Below are positions 13,308 through 25,383 of a stretch of DNA of 64,000 nucleotides, one piece after another (the first letter of the stretch is position 1; each line of letters begins with the position of its first letter). Source of the DNA: Basidiobolus meristosporus CBS 931.73 (Eukaryota; Fungi; Basidiobolomycota); contig MCFE01000202.1 in the NCBI GenBank assembly GCA_002104905.1, forward strand, positions 62,001 through 126,000, in the 5' to 3' direction. Both the position numbers and the translations under genes were made by a program. The notes below the pieces were generated by a model, which saw only the letters and a list, made by a program, of their open reading frames with translations, did no database searches and had not been told where the DNA came from.

Positions 13308-16300
13308 ATGGGATATTATGGAAGCTTTATAGTCACCCGTAGAGTTGGCGGGGACTTCAAGACTTTTCCGATCAACAAAAAGGAGTTTCTTATCGGAAAG
13401 TAAATATGGTTTGGAGTTTCTCATGGCTGATAACGGGCATAGCAGTTGACCATTCACCTCTAGGCAACTCACCTGCGATGTTCGTATATACTTACCTCAG
13501 ATCGCCGACAACCACTGTAAAATTTCCTTCGAAAAAGAGGGTCAGGTAAGCGGCGAGTTGGACGACAACATGAGGCTGATGATGCTAATCGTCCCCACCG
13601 TTGCAGGCTACCCTTATCAATTTCAGCAAAAACGGGACCATGGTCAATGGAGAGAAGCTCGGCGAGCAGGACCGAAGAGCGCTGAATGACAAAGATATCA
13701 TCACCATCCACGACCGAACCTTCCGTTTCGAGTATTCCTCTCCGAACGCGGCCAAGCCACAGCCAACCGTACATGTTTCAAAACCACTTCGCCCCATCAG
13801 CAGAACGAATGCCTCCGCCACTCCACTTAAATCATCCACACGACCATTCAATCGCACCACCACGCCCCTCACAAATCAAGTCAAGGGACACACCAGGGCC
13901 CCTTTCACCGAGCCATCCAAAAAAAGCGTGAGGCCTATCCTGGGTACGGCCCAGAGTTACAGAGAGAGTCAAATCAAGCAAGAAGACCAGACGCAATACT
14001 CTGCGTTCTCCATGCTTAAGACTGAGCAGCCAGACATGGATGGCCTGCATATCAAAGCCGAGGATGCAATCGCCAAATGCGAAAGTCAGCTGAATACAAT
14101 CAGCGACAAGTTGAACCAGTCAAGCCAGATCCTCGCCAATGCTCACGCGGCCAGTGATCACAAGAACGTGGAGATAATCCCGTCAGTAATCAACAACATG
14201 GAAGCATGTGATGTGAAGGTAAAGACTGAGGATTCAACGGAGAGAGTCCAGGAGCCTAAGCAAGACCATATCGCTGATGCTAACGAGGCATCTCCGAAGC
14301 TTCCCAAGGCGCTGCTCCTATTGAGCAGTGCGAGTTCTAAGAAGAGAAAGTCATTGGATACAACGTCGCTCATGCAACCTCGTTCACCTGGTCGCCGTTC
14401 CTCAAGACGGAGATCCTCACTGCTGGACCACACCAGCTTGCTAGCAATCAAGCCTGAGCAGGATCATTCGGAGCCATCGGTCACCACCACCAATGATGCC
14501 ACGGAAGAGAATCCGCGTCGCAAAGTCACTTTCGGGCCCGACTTGAGCCCGGAGATTTACGACCGCACTCTGCCTCCAAATTCTCCACTCAAGCGAGGAA
14601 AGAAGACTCCCAGCGGGACCCCAGCATTATCACACAGTAAATTAAGAGACGTGATCTCCGATGCCTCGGAGCCTTTATCTGTACGTCGAGTCACATTCGG
14701 GCCAGATCTTAGTCCGGAGATATTCGACAAGGCGCTTCCACCCAATTCTCCACTGAAGAAGGGTAGAATCACCCCTTCCATCAAGCAGACCCCTCTGAGA
14801 GACTCCGTCTGCGCCAAACCCACCACGCCATCCTCCTCATTGCTAAAGAACGTCCTGAAGCAATTCCGTGCGAAAGAAAGCAGCCCAATCACATTGGATT
14901 CCAACGACGATTTTGCTGAGGGTGTTGATTTGGCCGAAGAGGCCAAGGAGTTCTTGCACAGCATAGATCCATCGCAAGACAATCACGAGTCAGAGACGAT
15001 AGAATCCAATACGGATGGCGATGAAAAACCGGTCGAGGATAGCATTCTAACCGGTAATAATGGGTCCGAGCAATTGTCATCCGCTGAGCCTGGCAACGTA
15101 ATCACCTCATCCGAGAGCCTTATCACCGTGAGTATCGAAGCGTCAGAGGATTTCGTCGAAGAAGCTGCAGATGGATTGTCCACACCAGAGAAACGAGCAC
15201 CAGCGTTCTCGGCGACATTCACCTCGGACAGCATTTCTGAAGGGATTGCTATTGCGGAGCTTTTCGACACCTCAATGGTTTCGCCCGTTCACTCTTCTGA
15301 CACCTCAGGCGACAGAATGGAAGTCACGGCTAGCCATGGCGACGCCGATGCTGCCAATCTGCAGCCCGAAGAAAGCCCATCCTCGCCAGCTGGTGATCTT
15401 TCCGACTCTGAAGTCACTACATTTCCTAATGTTGAGAAGGATGAATCTGATTCGCATACAGATGACGACAGAGATGGTGATGATGCAAGCGGTGATCAAA
15501 CGCCGAATACATCTATATCAGTAGAGCAGGATAGCGCACCCACCACTCCTCAAACCATGCCTACTTCCGGAAGCCTATCGGAAAGTGTCAGACAAGGCCA
15601 GGAAATAGCCGAGCTTTTCGCCACCCCTCCAAGCAGGAACCTTGAAAGCCCACACTCCCCCATGTCCGTCGATTCGCCTTCGTCGACTCTTCAACTCCCC
15701 GATGTGGTCACTCCAACTCGCAAGCCGCTTACCACCACTGTGGACACTTGTGAGAGTCTCCGGGAAGGCGAGGCCATAGCCAATCTTTTCGCTACCCCGT
15801 CACCTAAAGCGTCCGAGGAGAAATTCTTCACCCCAGATTCCATCAACGCATTGACCGTAGACGCGGAATCCGTTGTTAGCCAAAGAGCGGTGGACCTTGG
15901 CCAGTCCGGCAAAACCCCATCCATGCATATGGATATGGATACTGAAAGTTTCATTGAAGGCGAAACGATCGCTAACCTACTATCTACTCCGACCCCCGGC
16001 AGTGATGCCCACCTACCAGAATCCCCTCTGGCGGCGAAGTCGACTTGTACACCTAGCTCCAACGTAACTCCTACAAGTAGCGTAGCAGAGTCTCCTCTCG
16101 CACCCTCCCCCCAAGCCTCGCTAGCCACCGAGGCTAATATAGAAGATGCTAATTTCCCCGACTTCATTGCAGGCCTGGAGGGGCTTGGCACCATTTCCGA
16201 ATCGAATCAAGAAGTGGTGACCGTCAGCAAAGAGGATTCCGAGCTCGATGAGACTATGATGGATATCGATTCCGAGGTGGAGAATACTAACGAGGAAGCT

Positions 16301-19300
16301 GAACAAGAGCCACTGGCCGTAGAGGAGTCCGGGGAAACTGCTGCCGAACTGAACGAGGAGGAAACTCCAGATGTGAGCTATGAAGCAATGGTGGAAGCAG
16401 AGGTAGAGCATATTGCAGGTCCCCTCGATCCCGAGAACGACCCTTCGGGCTCAGTCGAAGCCGGCAAACCACTTGAGGAGGGTGTTCTTCTTGATGATCC
16501 TATCAAGGACCCAACCGAAATCGTTGAACATGTCAAGGCAGTCGAGGAAAAAGATCAAGATGAAGATATGGAAGATCAGGAGGAAGTCATCAATGATTCG
16601 GAGAATGCCGATCTTAATCAAGCAAACGATGATGATGAGGAGGAGGAGGAGGAGGAGGAGGAGGAGGATGTTAGCACGTTGATATTTGAGCAAGAAGCGA
16701 CTGTAGAGACTCTTCAGAATGAAGTTGCTGTCGATGTGAGCGAGAAAGAGATAGGAACAGCACCCAACAACGAAAGTGGCGAAGAGACGGACGATAATAA
16801 GCAAATCGATGAAAATGGCGAGGAACACGGCACTGTTAACGTGCACCAAGATGAACTCGACGAAGCAGATGATGCTTTACCCGAAGAGAATTTGAGTGGT
16901 GAAGCCGATGTCGAGGCACATGACACTCTAGAGGTTGATGCTAAGGACGACGAGGCCCAGCCAGAGGCCGAACTGGATGCATATACCAACACTGACGATG
17001 CCAAGTCAGAGGACGGAAATGTCGAATCTGAAGATAAGCCAGATGAAGATCCCGACGTTGCACAGCTTGAGGTTAGCGATCATGAAGATTTTGCTTTGGA
17101 CAATGCGGAGGTTGATGCCAAGGATGATGAGGCTCAATCAGAGGACGGCCTGGACGTGGATGCCAAGGTTGTTGACGCTGAGTCAGAAGACCTAAATGTC
17201 GAATCTGAAGACAAGCTAGATGAAGGCCTCAACGTCGCACAGCTTGAGGAACCTGAGGTTAGCGATCATGAAGATATGGCTACAGACAATGCAGGTGCCG
17301 AGAAACCCAGTGATGACGAAGAGATGGAGTCGGATGAAGCGAAGAGTGATGAAGCTCAGCCAGAAGTTGATATCACGGATGGCCATGTTAAACCAGAAGT
17401 GGAATCGGATGTAGAAGCAACCAACGAAAATGTTGAGCCAGAAGACCAACTGCCTGAAGACTCCCACCTCAAACAGCCAGAGGAAACCGTGGTTAGCGAG
17501 CATGATGATATGGGATTGGACAATGTGGGTGAAAAGCAACCTAGTGACAATGAAGCAGATTCCGAGGTGGATGTCGAGCCACAAGACAAATCGGAAGAAG
17601 TCTCCGAAGTTGCACTGCCAGAGGAAGCAGAAGCTAGTGACCATGAGGGCACAGAGATCGCTGAAGCTGACGATCAACCGAACGTGAATGATGCCGAGGT
17701 TGCAACCACCCCTAAGCGCAAGGAACCCGAACAAGAAGCTTCTAGCGAAACCGAGGAGCATAGTGAGCATGATACCCCAATGAAATCCTCGCCCACCTCC
17801 AATGTGACCCTTGCCAGATCCACTAGATCCCGCCGAAGGGGTGACAGAGTTATTCAGTATCCAGAATCCAATTCGGATGGCGCTAACCAGACTCGTCCCG
17901 TAAGAGCTAGCAAACGAGTCGCTCAATCCGAGAATCAGGAGACATCCAAGCCTGCTCGCACTCGCTCAACCAGGGCAACCAGAACTAATACCGTTCCTGA
18001 TGAAGATACCCAACATGAGGAAGTCGACTCCCCCATCCGTCCTCGTTCTACCCGTCAGAAATCAAAACCGCAACACGAAGTTGAGGCACCCCAACCCGAG
18101 GCTGCCATCGAGGAATCCGATCCCATAGAAGAGAAGGAGGAGCAAGAAGAGGAGGCGCCTCTCCCCAAACCACGGAAGACCACACGCAGGACCAAGAAAA
18201 GTAAGCCCGAGGAACCTAGCCACGTCGAGGCCAATGTCAGTGAAGAGCCCCAGATCAAGACTCGCGGTAAACGTACTCTCGAGGAGTCCAACGAAGAGGA
18301 ACCTTCGTCGAGATCGACCAAAACCCGCTCAAAGAGATCCAGGAAGGTCGCTCAAGAAGACGAGGAGCAACCCGAGGCAGAGATTGTTCCGGAACCCCTG
18401 CCGATCACTCGCGCTTCAAAAAGAAGCAAGAGAACGGTGGAGAAAGTCGAGGCCCAGCGTGAAACCTCCGATCACGATGTCACTGATGAGGAAAAGGTCG
18501 AACCCACTGAGGGTAAGGTTGCCGATGAATCCCCAAAGGTCAAATCCGGACGTCGCAAGCGCACTCGTAAGAACGACCCTGAGCCGATGGCTTCGGATGA
18601 TGAGCTTGAGTTGGAGATGAAGCACGTGACACGACGAGGAAAGCGCGCCACAGCCTCCCAAAAAGCCTCCCAGGCTGAGGAAGTAACGGACGACTCACCG
18701 GAAGATGCGGTGGTGGAGAAGAAACCCAAAACACGTAGCAAACGTGCCGTAGCCACCGTGGCCACCGTGGATGAAGCGGAGGAAGAGCCTTCCGAAGAAG
18801 TGGTGGAGCAGCCCAAGATCACCACACGTCGCGCCAATAGAACCGCGAAACCAACAGTGAAGAAAACCCGCTCCACACGTGGTACCAAACGTGCGGTCAG
18901 GGAAGAGGAACCCGCTGAGGAACCCGAAACTTCCGAGAGCAAGGAATCCGCGAGTGAGGAAGTCACGGACAGCCCTGCCCAGCACGATACCGACGAGCCC
19001 GATACCGTCGTCGAGCCACCCAAACCAAAGCGTGCATCGAAACGCACCAAGGCTCAGAAGAGCTCTACCAAGACTAGCGCCAGAAAGAGCAAGGCCGAGA
19101 TCCCCCCGGAAGCTGATACGGAAGAGGGAGAGGAAGTGGAAGTGGAAGCGAAGAAGAAAGCCACGACCACACGAACCGCCAAAACCACCACTCGTTCCAA
19201 AGCCGCCAAGGCCACGAAACAAGAGGAGCCTGCTGCTGAGGTAATTCCGAAGCGCACCAGAAGCACCAAAACGGGCAGTAAGCGCAAGGCTGATGCAGTC

Positions 19301-19450
19301 GAAGAGGAGCAGGAGGAGGAGGAGGAGGAAGCCAAGCCGATCACCCGTAAACGGGTGAAGGCCAGCGAAACCACCAAACCAGCCACTCGATCCAAAGACT
19401 CCGCAAAGATCACCACGCGCCAGACTCGCTCCAGAACTCGCAAGAACTAG
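13308..19450 (+). CDS. Ki-67-like protein: FHA + 2 PP1-binding modules + repeats + disordered acidic/basic tail (3 exons, ~1990 aa)
   Basis: Exons 13308-13399, 13464-13545 and 13607-19450 give an N-terminal FHA (FPINKKEFLIGKQLTCDVRIYLPQIADNHCKI..NGTMVNG); RRKVTFGPDLSPEIYDRTLPPNSPLKRG and RRVTFGPDLSPEIFDKALPPNSPLKKG; long low-complexity ORF. The gene is certain, the orthology is not. Confidence 0.8.
16931..17293 (+). repeat. Tandem ~180-bp acidic coding repeat inside the Ki-67-like gene
   Basis: Two units EVDAKDDEAQ..D.ESED.NVESEDK.DE...VAQLE...VSDHED.A.DNA with clear DNA similarity. Confidence 0.8.
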
Positions 19451-19585
19451 CGGCTGCATAAAAGATAGAATTGTGTATAGTGTAACTTGGACATATTTTC
19501 GGAATAAATTTTGTGGATATACGCTTGGTAATTTATTTCATTCGCCCCGGAGTCTAGACATATAGGTTATGGTGGGTATGCTGAA

Positions 19586-20391
19586 TCACACCTGGTCATC
19601 GGCCTTCTTTTTGACCTGCTCCTCCTCGATAACGTGGGTGATTAGAATGCTATTGGGCCGTTGTTTGGTCCATGGGGGTAGGGGGGATTGGAACATGGCG
19701 ATCGGAGTGGTAGTCGGATTATTCTCGGCGTAGACATGGGTATCAATGGGCTCTGGCCTCGGGCGTCGTGGAGCGGCCACAACGTGGGATAGGTTGGCGG
19801 CGGAAAGTCTGCTGAGGATCCAAGAGGTGGTTCGAGTGAAGGTCCTGGGGGTAGCAATAGGGTCTACATTCGGAATCTGGCCACTGAGGCGTTGAAGGTG
19901 GTACCGGTTTTTGTACATCAGCGAGCTGCTCCGGGCTCCTTTCTCCTTGGATTGGGTCGGGGCCAATGGCTGCGGGAGGTCGGTGGTCGGTGAGGCCAAG
20001 GTGGACATCTGCCCAGGTAGGAAATCATCAGGGATGACGGAGTCCCTGTTGGAAGGCGAGATCTCGTAGGAAAACCGGGAGGCGTCCCCGAAACCCTAAA
20101 TCAGCCAAAGTCAGTATCGAACATGGATGAACTTCGAGAAGATTGAAAGACCTGGCTTCGCCTACGTCTGTGAATCCAGATAATCAGATAGATCAGCACC
20201 CCCACAGCGATCACCAGTGTGGCCGAAACGCCGATGAGGGAGCCGACTAGCGTGTCTTGGATCATCTCCTTGTTGGCCAGGATTTTCTGGTAATCCAGGG
20301 GGGATGAGGCGGTCTCTATGCCATTAGTAATCGAGATGAAGTGGCCACCCCCTATTGCACCAGTAGGCAACGATTTCTCTGGATACTGCAT
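19586..20391 (-). CDS. Predicted single-pass membrane protein with disordered tail (2 exons)
   Basis: Hydrophobic TLVGSLIGVSATLVIAVGVLIYLIIWI followed by HRRRR; a 56-nt GT-AG intron joins ORF 20101-20391 in frame to ORF 19586-20008. Confidence 0.55.
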
Positions 20392-21089
20392 GGGAGAGGC
20401 ACCGGTGGCTCTAGATTGTTAGTCAAAGACGGGGAAATGCCGGCCACTAGGTGCAGAGGCGGACGAGAAGGGATATTTAAGATAGCAACTTGGACTGCTC
20501 TTCAGATTCAATCGCTATTCTCTTGGACGGAGGATAACATACACATAGATGAACAATGAGCGCGAATTGTCCGGCGATTTATTGCTCTTGCTCAGGTCCA
20601 TTTGTTAATCTTTGTTTACTCAAGTGTTTTGATGGCCATTGTTTGGTTTGACACGCTGTATGAATCCTCACCCAATGCTGCAGATAATCATGATTGCAGG
20701 ATGTGCAGCATGCGGTATGCGGTATGCGAATCGTTGTTGAATCTACTCTTCCCTCGAAATGTTGTTTAATTTACATATACATTGTCGCTTCCCAAAGCGT
20801 TGCTGTTTAATTTACACACATAATCGTGCTTAACTTGACCTGACTGAGCCACTGGTTACAACACTCGCACATCTGGCGATGAGGAGGGCTCAAGTACGGA
20901 GCAGTTTGCGTCATGATCGTGATTGGCGATTTTACCTCACCAGCTTCAACTAATCTAATTGGAAGGTTTGAACACAAGGTTTAGGAAACGTTTCCCGTGT
21001 AGGTGCATGATGTTTCAAGGTACGAAGCGTGGTGGGATTGCTCCTATAAATACGAGGCTGTGGACTGAGAGACCGACGGTATTGCTGCA

Positions 21090-22817
21090 ATGATGGTTGC
21101 ATTCACCTCACCACATCGATCCTCGAGATCAGGCACTCTGTTGTGTCTCTTGCTCGCCTTGATTTTAACGGTCAATGCTGGTGTGGTCGAATACAACCTT
21201 ACCATCACCCAAGATCTACGCTCCCCTGACTGCTTCGAAAGACTAGTCGTCCTGGTGAACAACCAGCTTCCAGGCCCCGAAATCCGCGCTCGTCCTGGCG
21301 ATACACTCGTTGTCAATGTGCTCAACCAGATGGATACGGATGTGGTCTCGATGCATTTCCATGGGCTCCACAACAAAGGCACGCCGTACTCGGATGGTGT
21401 CCCTCGTCTGACCCAATGGCCCATCCTCCCAGGAACCATGTATCGCTACGAGATGAACGTGGGCGACCAGGTGGGCACCTATTTCTACCACGCCTCTACC
21501 AGTATCCACGGAATGACCGCATTCGGACCCCTCGTGATCGACGACAACCTGGGCCCCAGACTGTTCAAGTATGATGAGGAGCGTAACTTCCTTCTGAGTG
21601 ATTTCTTCCACAAGGATGATGACACCATCACCACTGGATTGCTATCACCCAACTTCCACTGGATCTTCGCCCCACAGTCGATGCTCATCAACGGTAAGAA
21701 CCTTGTCGAAACCAAGTGCACATCCAAGGATGACAAGGTCTGCACGTCCTGCCAACACGACGTCACTACTGTGGAGAGGGGAAAGACCTATCGCTTCCGC
21801 ATCTACGGCTCCGCCATGGCCGCATTCTTCCGGTTCAAGATCGCTGGTCACAAGTTGACTGTTATCGAGGTTGATGGCTCCTATGTGCAGCCCTATGTCA
21901 CCGATCATATCGAGGTGAACGCTGGTCAACGCTTCTCAGTCCTAGTCACTGCTGATCAAAGCCCCGGAACCTACTATATCAAATCCGAGCCAGGATACGA
22001 ATGGAAGGTCCCACCTGCTGCTGCAGGCACCCAAGCAGATGGTGTGGCCATCTTACAGTATAAGGAAGCCAAGCAGCCCGATCCTAGAGAGGTCCCAAGC
22101 AAGAACGCACTTCCACAGGTTCCAGAGCAAGAGTTCCTGTGGGAAACTGATAGATTTGTCAAGCTACCATACCCCTCCGACGCTGTGCCCAACTTCCCAA
22201 AACACTTCAACCGCGAGTTCATCCTGACCCCGACTGTAGTATTGCTGGGTGATGGCGGTGGTTTGGTCGGTGTGCCAACTAAGATGGTGATCAACAATGT
22301 CACCTACGAACACCCAAGAACCCCTCTTCTTAATGACCTGTATACTGGACAGATGTCTCGTAGCATCGACTATTCAAGGATCCCGCCCGATGGCTACGAC
22401 CCTAGACGTGGCACTTATCCGATCCAACTCGGGGAAGTGATCCAAGTTGTCCTTCAACTGACCGCTGACCCTAATGGTCGTTGCGACGTGCACCCATTCT
22501 ATCTTCACGGGCACAAGCTGTTTGATCTCGGTGGTGGTAAAGGCGCGTACCCTGGAAAACTCCCAATGCTTAGAAACCCTCCGTTCCCACGTGACATCAT
22601 CACTCTGTACCCTACAGCCGAGAGTCAGGGAATCCATAATGAACCACACTCACCATGCGGCTGGAGAGCATTCCGCTTCATTGCCAACAATCCAGGCACC
22701 TGGCTATTCCAATGTCGCGCCACCCCCCATGCCATCATGGGTATGGCCGCGGTATTTGAGGTCGGAGTGGACAAGCTCCCCCCTCCACCACGTTCTCTTG
22801 GTAAATTAGCATACTAG
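21090..22817 (+). CDS. Secreted three-domain multicopper oxidase (ascorbate oxidase/laccase-like) with degenerate trinuclear site
   Basis: Intronless 575 aa with signal-like hydrophobic N-region; HFHG, FYHAS, HPFYLHG and WLFQCRATPHAIMGM occupy the L1-L4 positions. Confidence 0.92.
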   Translation: MMVAFTSPHRSSRSGTLLCLLLALILTVNAGVVEYNLTITQDLRSPDCFERLVVLVNNQLPGPEIRARPGDTLVVNVLNQMDTDVVSMHFHGLHNKGTPYSDGVPRLTQWPILPGTMYRYEMNVGDQVGTYFYHASTSIHGMTAFGPLVIDDNLGPRLFKYDEERNFLLSDFFHKDDDTITTGLLSPNFHWIFAPQSMLINGKNLVETKCTSKDDKVCTSCQHDVTTVERGKTYRFRIYGSAMAAFFRFKIAGHKLTVIEVDGSYVQPYVTDHIEVNAGQRFSVLVTADQSPGTYYIKSEPGYEWKVPPAAAGTQADGVAILQYKEAKQPDPREVPSKNALPQVPEQEFLWETDRFVKLPYPSDAVPNFPKHFNREFILTPTVVLLGDGGGLVGVPTKMVINNVTYEHPRTPLLNDLYTGQMSRSIDYSRIPPDGYDPRRGTYPIQLGEVIQVVLQLTADPNGRCDVHPFYLHGHKLFDLGGGKGAYPGKLPMLRNPPFPRDIITLYPTAESQGIHNEPHSPCGWRAFRFIANNPGTWLFQCRATPHAIMGMAAVFEVGVDKLPPPPRSLGKLAY

Positions 22818-22928
22818 GTCGCCGACTATGGAAAGTGAAATTAAAATAAACATTCGATTTGAAAATTTCCATACGCATTGATTACGTTTCTCTTGGAATC
22901 TATCCACCACCGTTTCTCCTTGACTGTT

Positions 22929-25149
22929 ATGAGTACGGAAGACTCCCTAAGCCCGCGCGAGGCATACATCTTTACCCTTCAAGAATTGAGTTCTTTCGAC
23001 TGGAATGAGGTGGTTGACAATGCTGTTGAGAGGAAAGAACTTCTCAAGGAATATTTAAGGCTAGCTGCCACCATCACTGAAGGTAAAAACTCTTCTTTAG
23101 CATGAGGGGCACCATGGAAGCTGAATGAGGTGTCTATTCTTTAGCAATTTGCAATATCAAAGCAAAAAAATTATCTCACTTCATATCCTCCGCCCTACCT
23201 TCGTTACTAAGGGGCCTCGAGTTTGTCTCTTGGTCGATAGCGAATTTAGGTATGTACAGCCATAAAGAGCTCAGGGTGCATTTGAGTATACTTACAGAAC
23301 TCTACCTGCTTAGCTTCTGAAGACGAACAAGCTGGGGAGGTAGTTGATTTGCTTTTAGATTTTGTGGACACACTATCCAGTCGGCTCCCAGCAACTGCAT
23401 TGGTAACACTCGATTACCTGTCGCCAAGTAGCCCACAAACTAAAGAATCCCACGTTGAATAGAGTTACGAGCTGAGCCCGAACCCCTCTGACGAGGCAGG
23501 TCGACTTCACTACCTTCTCACATATGTTTTGTTGGAAATCTGTGAACACTACTTAGAGCCAACGCCTTTTTATTTCGCCCTTCGCTATCACATGAACAAG
23601 CAACCCAGATATTACGCACACGAGCAGCCTGCGGTTGAAGTTGGCACGAACTCCAGACTCAAACTGCATCGAATCCTGGTAGTCTACGAGATATGGACGG
23701 GAATGCGCTTGGTACGAATCTCTGACTCCTTGTTTTCATCTAGAACTCTGTCCACAAAATGCAGCTTTCGCTCGACATGTTGTTGCTGCGTAAGGACCAT
23801 GGGTTCACCATCACAGGTAGTTTGGTTTGGTCGATTATAAACTTCTTCACGAGCCTTAAACGAAGAGAACCCTATAGATGATGATGACGAAACACCGCTA
23901 GTACTTTCCGAAGAGGGAGTAGCCACCTTGTTTGCATGCTATCTTGGGACTCAAGTGGATCCAGCTGACGACAAATCATCTCTGCATCCAACCATCCCGT
24001 TCAGTATGACTCATCAGCAAGCCTACAAGTACTTGATAGAGTATGCGACACTATTGTTGGCTAGGTAGGCAAGTTTTCAAGGATCACCTCCAACAGACGG
24101 TATACTCAGCAGTATCAACTACAAATCAAAGGCCGGACGAGAGATATCAAGCCATATACGATAAAGGACTTCGGATTCTTTTCCATCTGATGGAAAACAC
24201 CCCGCCTGAAACCATCTCGTACGAGTCCCTGGACCTCACTCTGCCGATATTTGGCAGTACCATCATACAAGTGACCCAGGTAATGTGGACACTTCGACTC
24301 CATTCTACTTGGAAGCTCACCTCCCGTTCTTCGCAGGCCATCGCCTCATTTGCATCATGCTCGCCTGACGCCAAGGCTCGCTTCTTGGCTTACCAGATCC
24401 TCTCCCAGCATCTGATGAGCATGACGAGCGATTTGAGAGCGATTATTCTCACCGAGCTGCTCTCCAGCTGCCCCTTCGAGACTATGAAATCGGCAGCCAT
24501 CAACCTATTGAAGGAGAGTGTGGAGCGAGACTTCAGCTCAGGAAAGGTACGACTGGTCTATGCAGACCTCGCCAATGCAGCCAATAACACCAGCCCTTCC
24601 AGACCCATCTATTCAACAGCCCAGTACTGTTCCAACAATTCCTTCCGCGGATCCTTTCCCACGAGCATCTAGGGACGTTCGAGGAATCGCTCAACCACCT
24701 GGTCTACGGGGTGAATTTCTATCTCTACCTACTGATTCGGGATAAAGAGAACCAGGTAAGCCGCTCATTACTTCGTGGGCTTCATTTCGTTTGCGCTAAG
24801 TATCTTTCGCCAAGACCGGTGTGTGGAGCGAAGCCAATATCCAAGCCATCGACAGTAAGTATCTTGCGCCCTACGCCAGCGAGATCCGTGGATTGATGCA
24901 GAAGGCCACAGGTAAGGCACTGGGTACGGTCGGCGATATCGATTCTTTTGACTAACAGGGATTCGGCAGAGAATCCACGGGATGCCGAGACCCAGGTACA
25001 TATTCACCGTGCATCGGACCAAGCTTGCGAGCTAACAAACTCCTTCGCAGGCTCTCCTACTCCAGTGCTACTCGGTAGACAGCACCCTCCAGAGGATTTC
25101 GGAAATCATCAAAGTTTATTTTTACAAAAATAGCGATTGCCGCATCTAG
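22929..25149 (+). CDS. YAP1-binding/ALF4/glomulin family protein (multi-exon)
   Basis: ELLSSCPFETMKSAAINLLKE and NFYLYLLIRDKEN|QTGVWS match the glomulin/Ybp C-terminal region; many short GT-AG introns. Exon edges approximate. Confidence 0.7.
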
Positions 25150-25383
25150 AATTTTGTTTACGACTCTTTACAATAAATAATCAACGTAACGGTGACAGCT
25201 GCTCCTCCTCTTCCTGCAACCCTGGGTGGTGACGGAGCTGCTCTAGCGTTTGGTGTATCGTATGCTCGGACTCGATCGAGTGGTGTACTGACTCATGCTC
25301 CGTCGATAGACTCGCCTCGTCGGAAACGACATAGTAACTGGAATCGAGCAGCTACGCAATGAAGTTTGTGAGTCCCTTTTCTG

